A DNA stretch of 63,841 bases, filler included, from Octopus bimaculoides (GCF_001194135.2; 7 parts of 6 records of this genome joined end to end with filler, not necessarily neighbours in it); one strand, 5' to 3'. Positions 39,882 to 51,501 are shown, counted from the first letter of the whole stretch. The notes: generated by a model from the sequence alone, not told the origin. Numbers and translations are program-made.

Positions 39882-39893
39882 GAGAAAATATCC

Positions 39894-40108
39894 GTTTTAA
39901 ATTTTGGCTCAAGCCCTGAAATTTCGGGCAATGGGTTAAATCAATTTTTATCGAATCCAATGCTCAACTAGTATTTATTTTATCGATCCGGAAAGGATGG
40001 CAGGCAAAGTCGATCTCGGAGAAATTTGAACTCAGAGTGTAAAGTTGGACGAAATGGTGCTAAGTATTTTGTCCGCCGTGCTAATGATCCTGCCAGGTCG
40101 TCGCCTTA
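39894..40108 (-). mobile_element. SINE family B, right of the HHR pair
   Basis: Core and head ending gccaggtcgtcgcctta. Confidence 0.75.
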
Positions 40109-40419
40109 CATCACGAGAAATTATTGCATAATGCTTTTGGTCATCTACAGAAATACATGCTTTTAGTCAACGTTAAGTATACATGCTGTGATGAGGTTGA
40201 TATCGATAATGCTTTCTAATTTAGGAACACAACCGGCAATTCTTAATGGGAGGCAAGCAGTTAGTCGATAACATCCACCACTTTGCTTCACTGGTACCTT
40301 ATATAATCGAATTCGATATGATGAAAGGAAAAAGCTTTCAGATTATAAAGATTGTTGATATTGATAAGACTTTCTAATTGAGACGTAATATTTTGTCTTT
40401 TACAATTTACATGTCTCAG

Positions 40420-40597
40420 TCATTATTAGACAGCGGCCATGCTGGAGCGTCGCCTTGAAGAATTTTAGTCCAATGAATCGATCCCAGTACTTATATTTTT
40501 TTCTTTTAAAAGCATGGTATTTATTTTATCAGTCAGTTTTGCCGAACCGCTGTACTATGGGGCTGTAAACACAACAATTCCGGTTGTCAATTAGTGA

Positions 40598-40625
<28 letters not shown>
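40420..40625 (-). mobile_element. SINE family A, tail half
   Basis: gcggccatgctggagc...ttgccgaaccgct...cggttgtcaa followed by (CA)n. Confidence 0.7.
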
Positions 40626-40650
<25 letters not shown>

Positions 40651-40776
40651 ATTTTGCTCCTGTTGCCGATGTTTTTTCATCTGCTATTGTTACTGACTCT
40701 ATAGTCTCTGTGGTCGCTCTTTTCTTCACTAATGTTTGTATTTCTTCAACCGTTGTTATTGCCACCTTCCTTCAGG

Positions 40777-41056
40777 TCTATATTTAAGAGATGAGGAATT
40801 ATGTGCATTATTTAAAATTGACAGATATTTGTCCTCATTTTGTTTGTGGTTAACACAACGTTTCGGCTGATATACCCTCTAGCCTTCATCAGGTGTCTTG
40901 GGGGAGTTTCGAACGTGGGTTCTCATACCTAAGGTATTTTTCGATATTGTTGATACAATTATTACTATTATTACTATTATTATCATTATTCAGATCACTG
41001 CTTGGAATCGATCTCGGAATCTTGGGGTTAGTAGCCCGCGCTCTTAACCACTACGT
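40777..41056 (-). mobile_element. Solo copy of the tRNA-headed HHR element
   Basis: Same head, microsatellite, HHR and tail order as the 39.3-39.9 kb copies. Confidence 0.85.
40852..40897 (-). ncRNA. Minimal type I hammerhead ribozyme motif with intact core
   Basis: GACAC-CUGAUGA-A-GGCU(AGAGGGUAUAUC)AGCC-GAA-ACGU-U/GUGUU. Stem I GACAC:GUGUU, stem II GGCU:AGCC, palindromic ACGU for an intermolecular helix III. Predicted cleavage between 40857 and 40856. Activity is not demonstrated. Confidence 0.8.
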
Positions 41057-41816
41057 GACATGCTTAGTGGTATTTCGTCTTTCTTTACGTTCCACCGAGG
41101 TCGACTTTGCTTTTCATCCTTTCGGGGTCGACAAATTAAGTATCAGTTACGTAATGGGTCGGGCCAATCGACTGGCCCCCTCCCCCCAAAATTTCGGGTC
41201 TTGTGTCTAGAGCAGAAAAGATTAAGTTAGTTTTCTTTTTTCATATCGAATAAAACGGCCCCTATTAGGCAGCAGATAGTGACATTTGATGGTATATCTA
41301 CCACCTTTACTTTTTCCACAATCCAGCCAAGGTAGATCTGAATTAGCCATTCTGTCACAAGCAGCATCAAAGCTACAACACGACAAAAAAATTGTAGGGG
41401 CTAAAATATATGCTACTTGAAGGAGATGTTTCGACATGGTTTTGCCGAAATTTCCGAGTGACGTAGTTAGAAAGTATTCTACCTTAAAATCTACTTACAT
41501 CGACCCCAGTGCTTAACTGAGTTGCACCCGTATTTCAAAGGGCCAGCCTTGTCACACTCTGTGTCACGCTGAATCTCCTTCAGAATTACGTTAAGGGTAC
41601 ACGTGTCTGTGGAGTGCTCAGCCACATGCACATTAATTCCCCGAGCAGTCTGTTCCGCTGATCGCATCAGATGGAACCCTCGACGTCGTAACCGACAGAG
41701 TGACAGCTATTAGTTAGTTAACCACTGGGGTCGCTGTAATCGGTAATCCCCAACTCCGAAAATTGCTGGCCTTGTACCAAAATTTAAATTTAATATCAGT
41801 GGTGTTGCTATTTAGT

Positions 41817-42185
41817 GGAGGCGCAATGGCCCAGTGGTTAGGGCAGCGGACTCGCGGTCGTAGGACTGCGGTTTCGATTCCCAGACCGGCCGTTGTGAGT
41901 GTTTATTGAGTGAAAACACCCAAAGCTCCATTAGGCTCCGGCAGGGGATTGTGGCGAACCCTGCTGTACTCTTTCACCACAACTTTCTCTCATTGTTTCT
42001 GTTGTATCTGTATTTCAAAAGGGCCATCCTTGTCACACTCTGTGTCACGCTGAATCTCCCCGAGAACTACGTTAAGGCTACACGTGTCTGTGGAGTACTC
42101 AACCACTTGCACGTTAATTTCCCGAGCAGGCTGTCCCGTTGATCGGATCAACAGGAACGCTCGTCGGCTTAACCGACGGAGTGCT
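41817..42185 (+). mobile_element. tRNA-derived SINE family C, full copy
   Basis: ggaggcgcaaTGGCCCAGTGGtt (A box), GGTTTCGATTCC (B box), body ending gttgatcggatcaac. Partial copies at 12602-12885, 33765-33995 and 41520-41700. Confidence 0.85.
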
Positions 42186-44587
42186 GTTACTATTGTTGTT
42201 GCTCCTGCTGCTGTAGCAGTCTTTTCTTTACTTTTACCTCCATCGTCGTGTTGTTGTTGCTGTCGTCGTCGTGTTGTAGCTTTGATGCTGCTTTTGCTAA
42301 CGATAGCGATAATAGTGGTATCACTGTCAATTCTTTGACTTTCGAAGCCATTGCTGTCATTGGTTGCTGTTGTTGCCGCCAATATAGTTGTTATGTGTTG
42401 CGCTGCTGGTGGTGGTTGCATTTGGCATGTTGTTTTCGGTGTTGCTTTTTGCTGTATAGCATATTATTTTTGTTGTTGTCTTTGTTGGTGGTGGTAGTGT
42501 CTGTTGCTGCAATACCATTAACTGTACATATTGTGAGAAGAAGCTGTGGGGAATCAATTATGTAGTCTCCGTCCCAACAACAGTCCATACTCTCCATTTA
42601 TAATATCATGTAATTTTTTTTTTTTTCGTTTTTTTTTTTTTTTTCGTTTTTCTTTTTGAAGAATAGGTAATTTCAAGAAAGGAAAGTTAGAAGTTCCGCG
42701 CCCCGAAGGGGAAGAAAACGTAACTGTTCACTTCCGCAGAATCTTGGTCAGTGAAATCGATTTTAAAGAGCACAGTTTAACGAACAAAGAACTTAGGAAC
42801 GATCTGAAATGGTGTCTTCACGATAGAAAAAAAAAAAACGACAAGAACAACAATGACAAAAAGAACAACAACAACAACAACAACAATAATCAATGCATCA
42901 TAAAATTTGCTGCATTTTTCTAAATACATTTACCACTATTGCAGAGAATCGTTTGAGCATCAGACACAGGGCTGTTTACGATGCGAGTTCAAATCGCAGT
43001 CCATATTTACTTTGCATTCTTACTGCGTCAACAAATTAAAGTAACTTCTATTTATTGCGGCAGCTATGATCGACTAAAGTCCTTCTCCTCTAAAATTTAA
43101 GAATTTGTTCCCATCTTAGAAATCTAAATTGTACGGCTTCATAATTTGTTTAGTTTTCTTCCCTTTCGTTTCTCTAATCTCTGCAGCTATTTTAGTTCTC
43201 GAAATCACACATTAACTCACACAAACACACGCGAGCGCTCACACAAGCCCAGACACACACACACATCTTTCTCTATGACGCCTATGACAAGCCTTTTCGT
43301 TTACTCATCACAAACTAGCATGATATGATCAAACAGTTATTGATAGCTTATCTTAATTAAATACTGGATAGTATCGAATTTTAAAATTAAAATACGTTTC
43401 TATAATAATGTTCTTAAATTTGCTGGCTTCAATTTTTATGGCTTTATAAATAACGATGATAGATTCTGACATTCTCTTTTCTTACTTTGTAATATAATTG
43501 ATGTTCAGTCAGTTTCTCAATTTTAACACTCCCATTCTCTCACAAAAATATACACATATACCACATATAAACACAGATTTATACACTTGTGTTTGTGGGT
43601 GTGTGTGTGTCTAGTTAAGCTTACATAGAGGCATGTATCTTAGTGGTTCGTGTATTCATTTCACGATCGTTCCGTTGATCGGATCGAGAGGAATCATCGT
43701 CGTCACAACCGAGGGAATGTCGATTAAACTGACATATGCATGGAAAAGTATTTCCACAAAAAATCCATATCAAATTTAATATGTACCTCGATTATTTCGA
43801 TTCATGTACTGTTTTTGTAACAAAATCTGTCTGTCAGTCTCTTCAGTATCTCTCTGCACACACACACACACACACACACACACGTATATATANNNNNNNN
43901 NNNNNNNNNNNNNNNNNNNNNNNNNNNNNNNNNNNNNNNNNNNNNNNNNNNNNNNNNNNNNNNNNNNNNNNNNNNNNNNNNNNNNNNNNNNNNNNNNNNN
44001 NNNNNNNNNNNNNNNNNNNNNNNNNNNNNNNNNNNNNNNNNNNNNNNNNNNNNNNNNNNNNNNNNNNNNNNNNNNNNNNNNNNNNNNNNNNNNNNNNNNN
44101 NNNNNNNNNNNNNNNNNNNNNNNNNNNNNNNNNNNNNNNNNNNNNNNNNNNNNNNNNNNNNNNNNNNNNNNNNNNNNNNNNNNNNNNNNNNNNNNNNNNN
44201 NNNNNNNNNNNNNNNNNNNNNNNNNNNNNNNNNNNNNNNNNNNNNNNNNNNNNNNNNNNNNNNNNNNNNNNNNNNNNNNNNNNNNNNNNNNNNNNNNNNN
44301 NNNNNNNNNNNNNNNNNNNNNNNNNNNNNNNNNNNNNNNNNNNNNNNNNNNNNNNNNNNNNNNNNNNNNNNNNNNNNNNNNNNNNNNNNNNNNNNNNNNN
44401 NNNNNNNNNNNNNNNNNNNNNNNNNNNNNNNNNNNNNNNNNNNNNNNNNNNNNNNNNNNNNNNNNNNNNNNNNNNNNNNNNNNNNNNNNNNNNNNNNNNN
44501 NNNNNNNNNNNNNNNNNNNNNNNNNNNNNNNNNNNNNNNNNNNNNNNNNNNNNNNNNNNNNNNNNNNNNNNNNNNNNNNNNNNNNNG

Positions 44588-44690
44588 TGGGGTGTATGAA
44601 AAGTTTTGAGCCTTGAAGTCTTGTACCTTCATCAGAAGTTTTGTACCATGTTTTTTTCTTTCTTTCAGACTCAAGACTTTTCATACATCC
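44588..44690. mobile_element. Tc1/mariner-type MITE
   Basis: ggggtgtatgaaaagttttgagcc ... gactcaagacttttcatacatccc, imperfect TIRs of ~25-30 bp. Confidence 0.6.
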
Positions 44691-44694
44691 CTCG

Positions 44695-45037
44695 TACCGC
44701 TAAGCATCTCACCCGGCGTGCTAACGTTTCCGGTACTTAATTCATCGACTCCAAAAGGATGAAAGGCAAAGTCGACCTCGGCGGAATTTAAACTCAGAGC
44801 GTAAAAAGACAGACGAAATACCGCTAAGCATTTTGAACGACGTGCTAACGTTTCTTATAGGAGACAAATAAGGACAGACAAAGGGATAAAGCCGATTACA
44901 TCGACCCCAGTGCGTAATAGGAACTTATTTAATCGACCCCGAAGGATGAAAGGCTAAGTGGACATCGTAACGGCAGACGAAATATGGCTAAGCATTTCGC
45001 CCTGCGTGCTAACGATTGCGCCAGCACGCCGCCGTAA
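44695..45037 (-). mobile_element. Cluster of SINE family B fragments
   Basis: Overlapping core and head segments. Confidence 0.75.
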
Positions 45038-45194
45038 GGTTTAAAACAGTTGAGAAAGAGTTGGTAGAGGCAACAACAAAGATTATCAGAACGAAATATT
45101 AGCAATGATATTTATATGAGAAGTTATTCGAATTTATCAGAGGAGGAGGTTTTGAAATGTTCCTGGCTCTCGTTAAAATAAAATAAAGAGTGAT

Positions 45195-45348
45195 AAGGTA
45201 ATTATGATTTTATTCAACACATTCTCCTCACAGATTCGCACACTTATTGCAGTTGTCCTTCAGTTTTCTAAGCCTTGGAAAAGAATTCGGAAAGTTGGGC
45301 CTCCAAACAGGCCTTTCGCAATAAACTTAAAACCAGGAACTTTTCAAC
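45195..45348 (-). mobile_element. Mariner 3'-end remnant
   Basis: The minus strand encodes ..KGQLQ*VCESVRRMC/VE-type terminal residues resembling mariner WxKCVxLRGEYVE ends, followed by gttgaataaaatcataattacc; runs into a gap. Confidence 0.5.
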
Positions 45349-45499
45349 NNNNNNNNNNNNNNNNNNNNNNNNNNNNNNNNNNNNNNNNNNNNTTAATTAA
45401 TTAANNNNNNNNNNNNNNNNNNNNNNNNNNNNNNNNNNNNNNNNNNNNCGAATAGTGAAAATGAATGCTCCACACCGTATTAGGGGTAAATATTTTATG

Positions 45500-45731
45500 T
45501 TCGTGGGGTAACCAGACTACTGTCGGTTTCATATTGGGAGAGATACCCCTCAACAATTATTCAAGTCTGTACTTTAGGATATTGGTGTTCGTCTCTCTTG
45601 GATAAAAACAGTATTTCTTTTAAATCCAAGATGGCGACTAACACCAATATTCTAAGGCATAAACTTGAATAATTGTTGCGAAATATCTCTCCCGACATGG
45701 AACCGATGGTAGTCTGTGATTACACCACGAA
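45500..45731. mobile_element. Foldback MITE with ~90-bp imperfect arms
   Basis: ttcgtggggtaaccagactac...ggatattggtgtt versus aacaccaatattc...gtagtctgtgattacaccacgaa. Confidence 0.7.
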
Positions 45732-46141
45732 TAAAGTATGTGTGTGTGTGTGTGTGTGTGCCTTTGTGTCTGTGTTTTCCCTCACTATCCCTTGACATCC
45801 GGTGTCAGTGTGTTAACGTTTCCGTTATCTAGCGGTTTGACAAAAAGAATCCGATCAAATAAGGACCAGGCTTAAAAAATAAGCCCTGGCGTTGATTTGT
45901 TCGGCTTGAAACAAGTAAAAGACAAAAGTTAGCGCACAGACATGTTCTTTTAGTTTTTCACCACTATAGCTATGGTCATGCTGGAGCACCATGCATTGAT
46001 TGAGTATATACGCGCGTGCGTATCACAATATGTTTAAATATAAAATAACGGTAAAAATTTATTTTATGCACGCCCTAGCGGCCTACATCACACACACACA
46101 CTTTCTCTCTTTCACATACATACACATACAAGCACACACTC

Positions 46142-46180
<39 letters not shown>

Positions 46181-46279
46181 CGTACATGCCCACACAGAAA
46201 CGCTTAACATATTCCAACACTAATAGCACTACCACCACTATATCCGCCATAGAGACAGATGTGTTAAATAAAAAAATGT

Positions 46280-47120
46280 AGAATGATAATGATGATGATG
46301 ATGATGATGAAAGTAGTGTTCATTGTTGTTGTTGTTGTGGTGGTGGTTGTGGTGGTGGTGGTGGTAATGTTAGTGACGACACATGCTGATGACAGCTTGA
46401 AGTGCCAGCTGCAAGCCATCCCTTCGCACATTTCATTAGAAGCAATTGATGATACGCGTTTTTATTTATTTATTTATTTATTTATTCAAATTTTATCTCC
46501 CCGGATGCAGACAGGCGTAATGACAGCGGTGGTAGCGGTTGTTGTGGTATTTGATGGTGGTGGCAGCGGTGGTTGTGGTGATGAAGACGATGATGATGAT
46601 GATGATGATGATGGTGATGATAGTGGTGGTGATGGTGTTGGTAGCGATGGATATAGTGAGCAATGAGTGTATATATCTGTGGCGGCGGTAGTGGTGGTAG
46701 TGGTGGTGCGATAATAGTTGCGGTTGCGGAGAGTAGTGGTAGCAGTAATAATTATGGTGACGGTGATAGTGATGATGATGGTGGTGGTAATGGTGGTGGT
46801 GGTGGTCGTCGTCGTCGCTGGTTGAGGGAGAGAGGGATGAGTGAGGTTGATGGCAGTGGTGGTGTTGGCTGTGTAATGATAATAATGATGGCTTTAGTAG
46901 TAATAGTAGTGGTGGGGGGAGTAAAGAATACATGGGGAAACGATGTGAGCGGGGGGGGTAGGGCTGATTGTGTTAATGACTGTTATAGCAGTAGCGATAG
47001 TGGCGGAGGTGATGGTGATAGAGACGATGGTGGTGATGGAATTGTTGGCGAAAGAAAGGAGAAATGTGGCCGTCCGTTAAGCGTGGGAGGTAAGGTCGAA
47101 AGAGAGAGAGAGAGAGAGAG
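46280..47120. repeat. Degenerate (GGT)n/(GAT)n low-complexity block
   Basis: Directly visible; a similar block lies at 21280-21680. Confidence 0.9.
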
Positions 47121-47329
47121 TTACAGTTAGTCTTGAGAGTAGCAATGACAACAGTAAGAACAAGAGGAATATGAAAATGGATTTCTATTTTAGTCACAAA
47201 AGCCACACGTCAGCCCTGATTGAGCTGAACAATAAACCCGAAAGAAATTCCAACTATTACCAACCCTTATTATCCAAAGGACAAGGCGGGTATGGAACGG
47301 ACACCTTATCCAAAGTATTCTTTCTGTAT

Positions 47330-47440
47330 ATAAGATAGTATGGTGTATGTATCCAAAAGGATTCTTCAGGGCACAGTTGAGGAAGGGCGGAAGAAAGGCT
47401 GACAGAGAAAATCCTGGTTTGACAACATCCAAGGGATCTA
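47330..47440 (+). mobile_element. RTE LINE 3' fragment
   Basis: ILQGTVEEGRKKG*QRKSWFDNI resembles the RTE C-terminal ILQGTVEGGRRRGRQRKSWMDNI. Confidence 0.65.
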
Positions 47441-47454
47441 TTTCAAAACGGGGG

Positions 47455-48050
47455 CACCACATTTATGTTTTATGTAGTGTTTTTGGTACCGAAAGACTTT
47501 CAAACTTCGTATACTTATCTATTTTGTGTTATAGAACAGAAAAAATTTTTTGTATTCGAATTTATTTCATGTAAAAAATTGTCTTATTTCGATAATTTCT
47601 ACTAATCACTGACGTCTTTTCAGTTGAAAACAGTTAGCGCTGTAACGGTGTATATCGTATTAATCCCCTAACCCTAACCCTAACTAGACTGTTAACACTA
47701 ACCCTAACCCTAACTCTAAAACTAACCCTAACTCTAGAATCCGAACTCTAAAATTGTTACACACATAGATACGCACAGCGTAATTTATTATATAAACAAT
47801 ATATGCGTATAAATTACGATTAAACCGGATAAAATATGTCACAGGGAATAACATTTTTATGACCGCCCAGCAGTAACTCTATTCAGCTGAATAGACGTCA
47901 GTGATTGGTTGAAATTACAGAAATACGACAACTTTAACATGGAATAAGTTGCGATGTACGTTTTTTTGTTAAGAAGACTAAGAGTAAAAGATGTTTTATA
48001 TGACACATTCTACCAGTGTCCCAAGTTTCAAAGTGTTTCGTTAGTGTTTC
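47455..48050. mobile_element. Non-autonomous DNA element containing degenerate (CCCTAA)n
   Basis: Internal inverted motifs ctaatcactgacgtc (~47602) and gacgtcagtgattgg (~47894) enclose ccctaaccctaac repeats at ~47665-47745. Confidence 0.55.
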
Positions 48051-49217
48051 GTTGAAATAGATCCCATCCAAGGACTGCTTTTTTTTTATGTATATGAAAT
48101 CTCTCCAGTGGCCAGACTAAACATTACCACGGACCGTATTTCTGACACTCCTGACATAGATGATCCTTCATTGGCCTTTAATAGGTTAAGTAAGCAAGCA
48201 AGCAAGCGTGTGAGTGTGTTTATGACAAGCAACTCTTAGTGCTGGTCACACCGTCAACGGCTAAACCGGCAACACTACCAAACCGGCTTAGTAAGGAGGG
48301 TGGTTTTCGTTGGATACTCCACTGGACGAAAAAACAAAGCCTGTCACAGGATGGATGAACTCAGTTGAGTCAACGGCCACACAATAGCTAGCTAGGAGTG
48401 ACAGATCCCCAGTCTTTGTTTAGACATCTCTCTTAGAGAAGGAAAACTCCAATATGACACCTGCGGTTTCGTTTCCATCCAATGATGTAAGCTAGTTCTT
48501 TTGGGGAAAATGCATGCGTTTCTTAGAGAGTGGGATCGGTCTTGTACAAGGTCTAACCTAACTTTAAAAAGCTTCCGGCACAGGCATTGCTCGATTTTTA
48601 ACATCGCTGTCTATGTGTTGCATACTATGGTTGACCGTAGCCGAAAAGGGCGAAATAATCAATAAAAATTTGCATGATGGAATGAAGGCTGTGTCACTGT
48701 GGGAGATAAGTTCTCTATGAAGCATCCATTGCTACAACATATTCGAAAAAGGGTAAAAAGCCACATGTATGCTGCTCGTGTTTCAGAGAACAATTAAGCG
48801 ATGGAACTGCTCGAATTGAACCATGAACGCATGCAAATACACGCCTGAAACAGCTGTAAGCCTATAATAAATAAATGAATAAATAAATAAATAAATAGAT
48901 AAATAAATAAATGTATATAATCCTATTTTATGTATTACTGTAAAAATATATCATCTTAACTGGATAATGTAACCACGGATTTACAAATTTGACTGGTGAT
49001 GGATTCCGACTTCAGCTTTTGACTTTGGATTACCTGGAGTACAATACCGATCACAAGATTTTTTACCCAGGGTAATTTTATCTGCAGAGAACTTAAGAAG
49101 TATTTCGCTTGGGTTAATATCCCTCATAAACCCCTTGTTGTTTTGTTATATATATATATTAAAGTAATACAGCTTATGACTGGTCACAGGGTGACCAATG
49201 GTTTGGCATCCACATTG

Positions 49218-49254
<37 letters not shown>

Positions 49255-49717
49255 CTTCATATACATATTATTTGAAAGCCTATCGGTACCATCCAGGCTT
49301 TCTAAAACTAAATTATTTCGGTCCCGATTCATAATGTGTGCGTGTGTGTGTGTGTGTGTGTGTATGTGTATAAGTGTAATTAACTGTACAAACCTACCCG
49401 CAAAGCCTTGTTCTGTTCACACGTGAATGTCAAGTTTTTCTCCTTCACATACATAGCGTGGAGTGTTTCTTTACTCATGTAACCATTGTTCATAATTACA
49501 TCTTTTGTATTTCCATTATTTACACTGTCCTGTCTCGTTTTAGCCGGAACTGAACTCTGGAATTAAAAACAAAGAACAAAGAAATAAACCATTTTCTTTT
49601 TTGAAGCTATTGAAGAATTGATAGCAACTATGATTTAATTAATTTTTTTTTAAGATGTTTGGTTGCTTTATTCAGCTTATCCATGCTTTCACCCTTTCAA
49701 CCCCTCTCTCTCCCAAC

Positions 49718-49759
<42 letters not shown>

Positions 49760-49959
49760 TTTCTTCATTTATATTTCCTTTGAAAGGTCAAAATTGATGA
49801 AATCTGAGCTGTTTTTCATAAACCGCAATCAGAAATTAAGATACTAAAAATAGAATAAATTGTGGAGTCGTACTTGGGAATTCGAATGAGAAAAATCAAA
49901 TACATCAACATTGTCCACACACACAGAGAATTTGAAATATGTTAAAGATTTCAAATACA

Positions 49960-50872
49960 CTTTTAGCTTTCGGTTTTGTGAGCCGAGGAGCAGTGGCGTT
50001 GCTGAGAAAAGACCCGAACAAGCGGGATTGTATTGACAACTTTAGGCCCATAACTTTATTGAATACAGAGTTCAAAATTTTGACCAAGGTGTTAGCTACG
50101 AGGTTGACGCTTGTCATAGGGGATCTGGTAAGGGAGACAGACATGTGCCATCCCGAAAAGATCCATCCACGACAACCTCCACCTCATGCGATACATCATT
50201 TAGAAAGTGGCTAAAGAACCTGGCACGAGTGGGGCTCTGATCGATCTAGACCAGTCTAAAGCTTTCGATAGGGTCGACAATCTATATCTGGCGGCGGTCC
50301 TCAGGACAGCTCGTTTCGGCCCTGTATTCAGTGGCTGGATCGCTACAATGCACAGCGACATCTGTTCAGTGGTCAGAATGAACGGTCACCTCTCAGAGCC
50401 GTTCAACATCATGCGCTCGGTTCGGCAGGGTTGTCCCTTCTCGTCTCTCTTGCATGTACTGGCACTCGAGCTACTACTACATAAACTGGATGCGTTGAGA
50501 GACATCCTGCGTGACCTGGGATGTGGGAGATGCATGTCGGATATGTCGACGACGTCACCGTAGTGGCGTGGGATCATAAATACATAGAAACGATCGACAC
50601 CGCTCTCAGGGACTACAAGGCGACTTCAGGAGCGACGGTTAACCAGGAAAAATCAGTGGGCTTGCTGCTCGGCACCTTGAGAAACAAGTCCATGCCGTCC
50701 AACTGCGTCGTTGGGCGCTGGACGGAGGGACCGGTTAAATTGTTCAGTGTCTGGTTCGGTTCGGACCTCCAAATGGATAACAACTGGGACGAGGTAACGA
50801 GTAGGGTGACTACTCTCACCAAGAAATGGGCCGAGAGAAAGCTATCCCTGAAAGTTCGGGCAGAGGTGGCTG
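49960..50872 (+). mobile_element. Tx1/L1-clade LINE reverse transcriptase fragment (frameshifted)
   Basis: LLRKDPNK..IDNFRPITLLNTEFKIL..; LIDLDQSKAFDRVD; SVRQGCPFS; YVDDVTV; GATVNQEKS. Confidence 0.92.
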
Positions 50873-50912
50873 AAAAAGGAAAAGAAGAAAATAATAGCGA
50901 ATACTTGCTTAC

Positions 50913-51091
50913 CTGGTCATTTTCTGGGTGTCCAGGTAATGCCGTACTTGTTCTAATAGATTCTGATTGTTGAAGGTCAGCAAAAGGTGAAGAATGAAAC
51001 GGCGGAAAATCAAAATCTTTGTTCTGAGAAGTCTGTGAAACTTCCAGGGAATGGTCGCTTGTTGTGTCTAAATCGTGTTTAGCTTCATCTT
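50913..51091 (-). CDS. Orphan internal coding exon of an unidentified gene (179 bp, phase 1 to phase 0)
   Basis: Long polypyrimidine tract (gttttgctttttttttttgcag), stop-free frame xDEAKHDLDTTSDHSLEVSQTSQNKDFDFPPFHSSPFADLQQSESIRTSTALPGHPENDQ, donor CAG|gtaagc. No recognisable domain. Confidence 0.6.
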
Positions 51092-51255
51092 CTGCAAAAA
51101 AAAAAAAGCAAAACAAATATAACAAACAGGAAGAGAAATGATGTTGGTAACGATGATAATAAATGAAGGTGAAAGTAATTATAACAATGATGGGGATGAA
51201 GACCAACGAAGCAATGATGATGATCATGGTGATGATGGCGGTGGTGGTGGTGGTG

Positions 51256-51416
51256 ACTCAACTATGAGTCCACTGCATCTTATAGCGGAAACAGCTGTAA
51301 GCTAATGAAGTTCATAAGATAATCGTTTATTCCTTTGTCATCTCTTTTCTTATTACCTCTCTACACTCGGCTTACAGCTGTTTCTGCTATAAGATGTAGA
51401 GGACTCATAGTTGAGT
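51256..51416. mobile_element. MITE with ~47-bp TIRs
   Basis: actcaactatgagtccactgcatcttatagcggaaacagctgtaagc ... gcttacagctgtttctgctataagatgtagaggactcatagttgagt. Confidence 0.75.
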
Positions 51417-51468
51417 GCCTGAGTAACACCTTATAGCTTCATCAGAGCCTCGAATATGAAGTGTAATT

Positions 51469-51501
<33 letters not shown>

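Noticed and set aside
40110-40144. Candidate 35-bp exon DQKHYAIISRD with a second tyrosine motif
   Set aside because: Weak polypyrimidine tract, and the donor is supplied by a SINE end; probably chance.
44610-44640. CTGATGA on the minus strand inside a MITE
   Set aside because: No stem II closing onto GAAA and no stem I complement.
49034-49081. Candidate 48-bp minus-strand exon (ctgcag acceptor, CAG|gtaatc donor)
   Set aside because: Two frames are open, there is no homology, and nothing links it to either gene.
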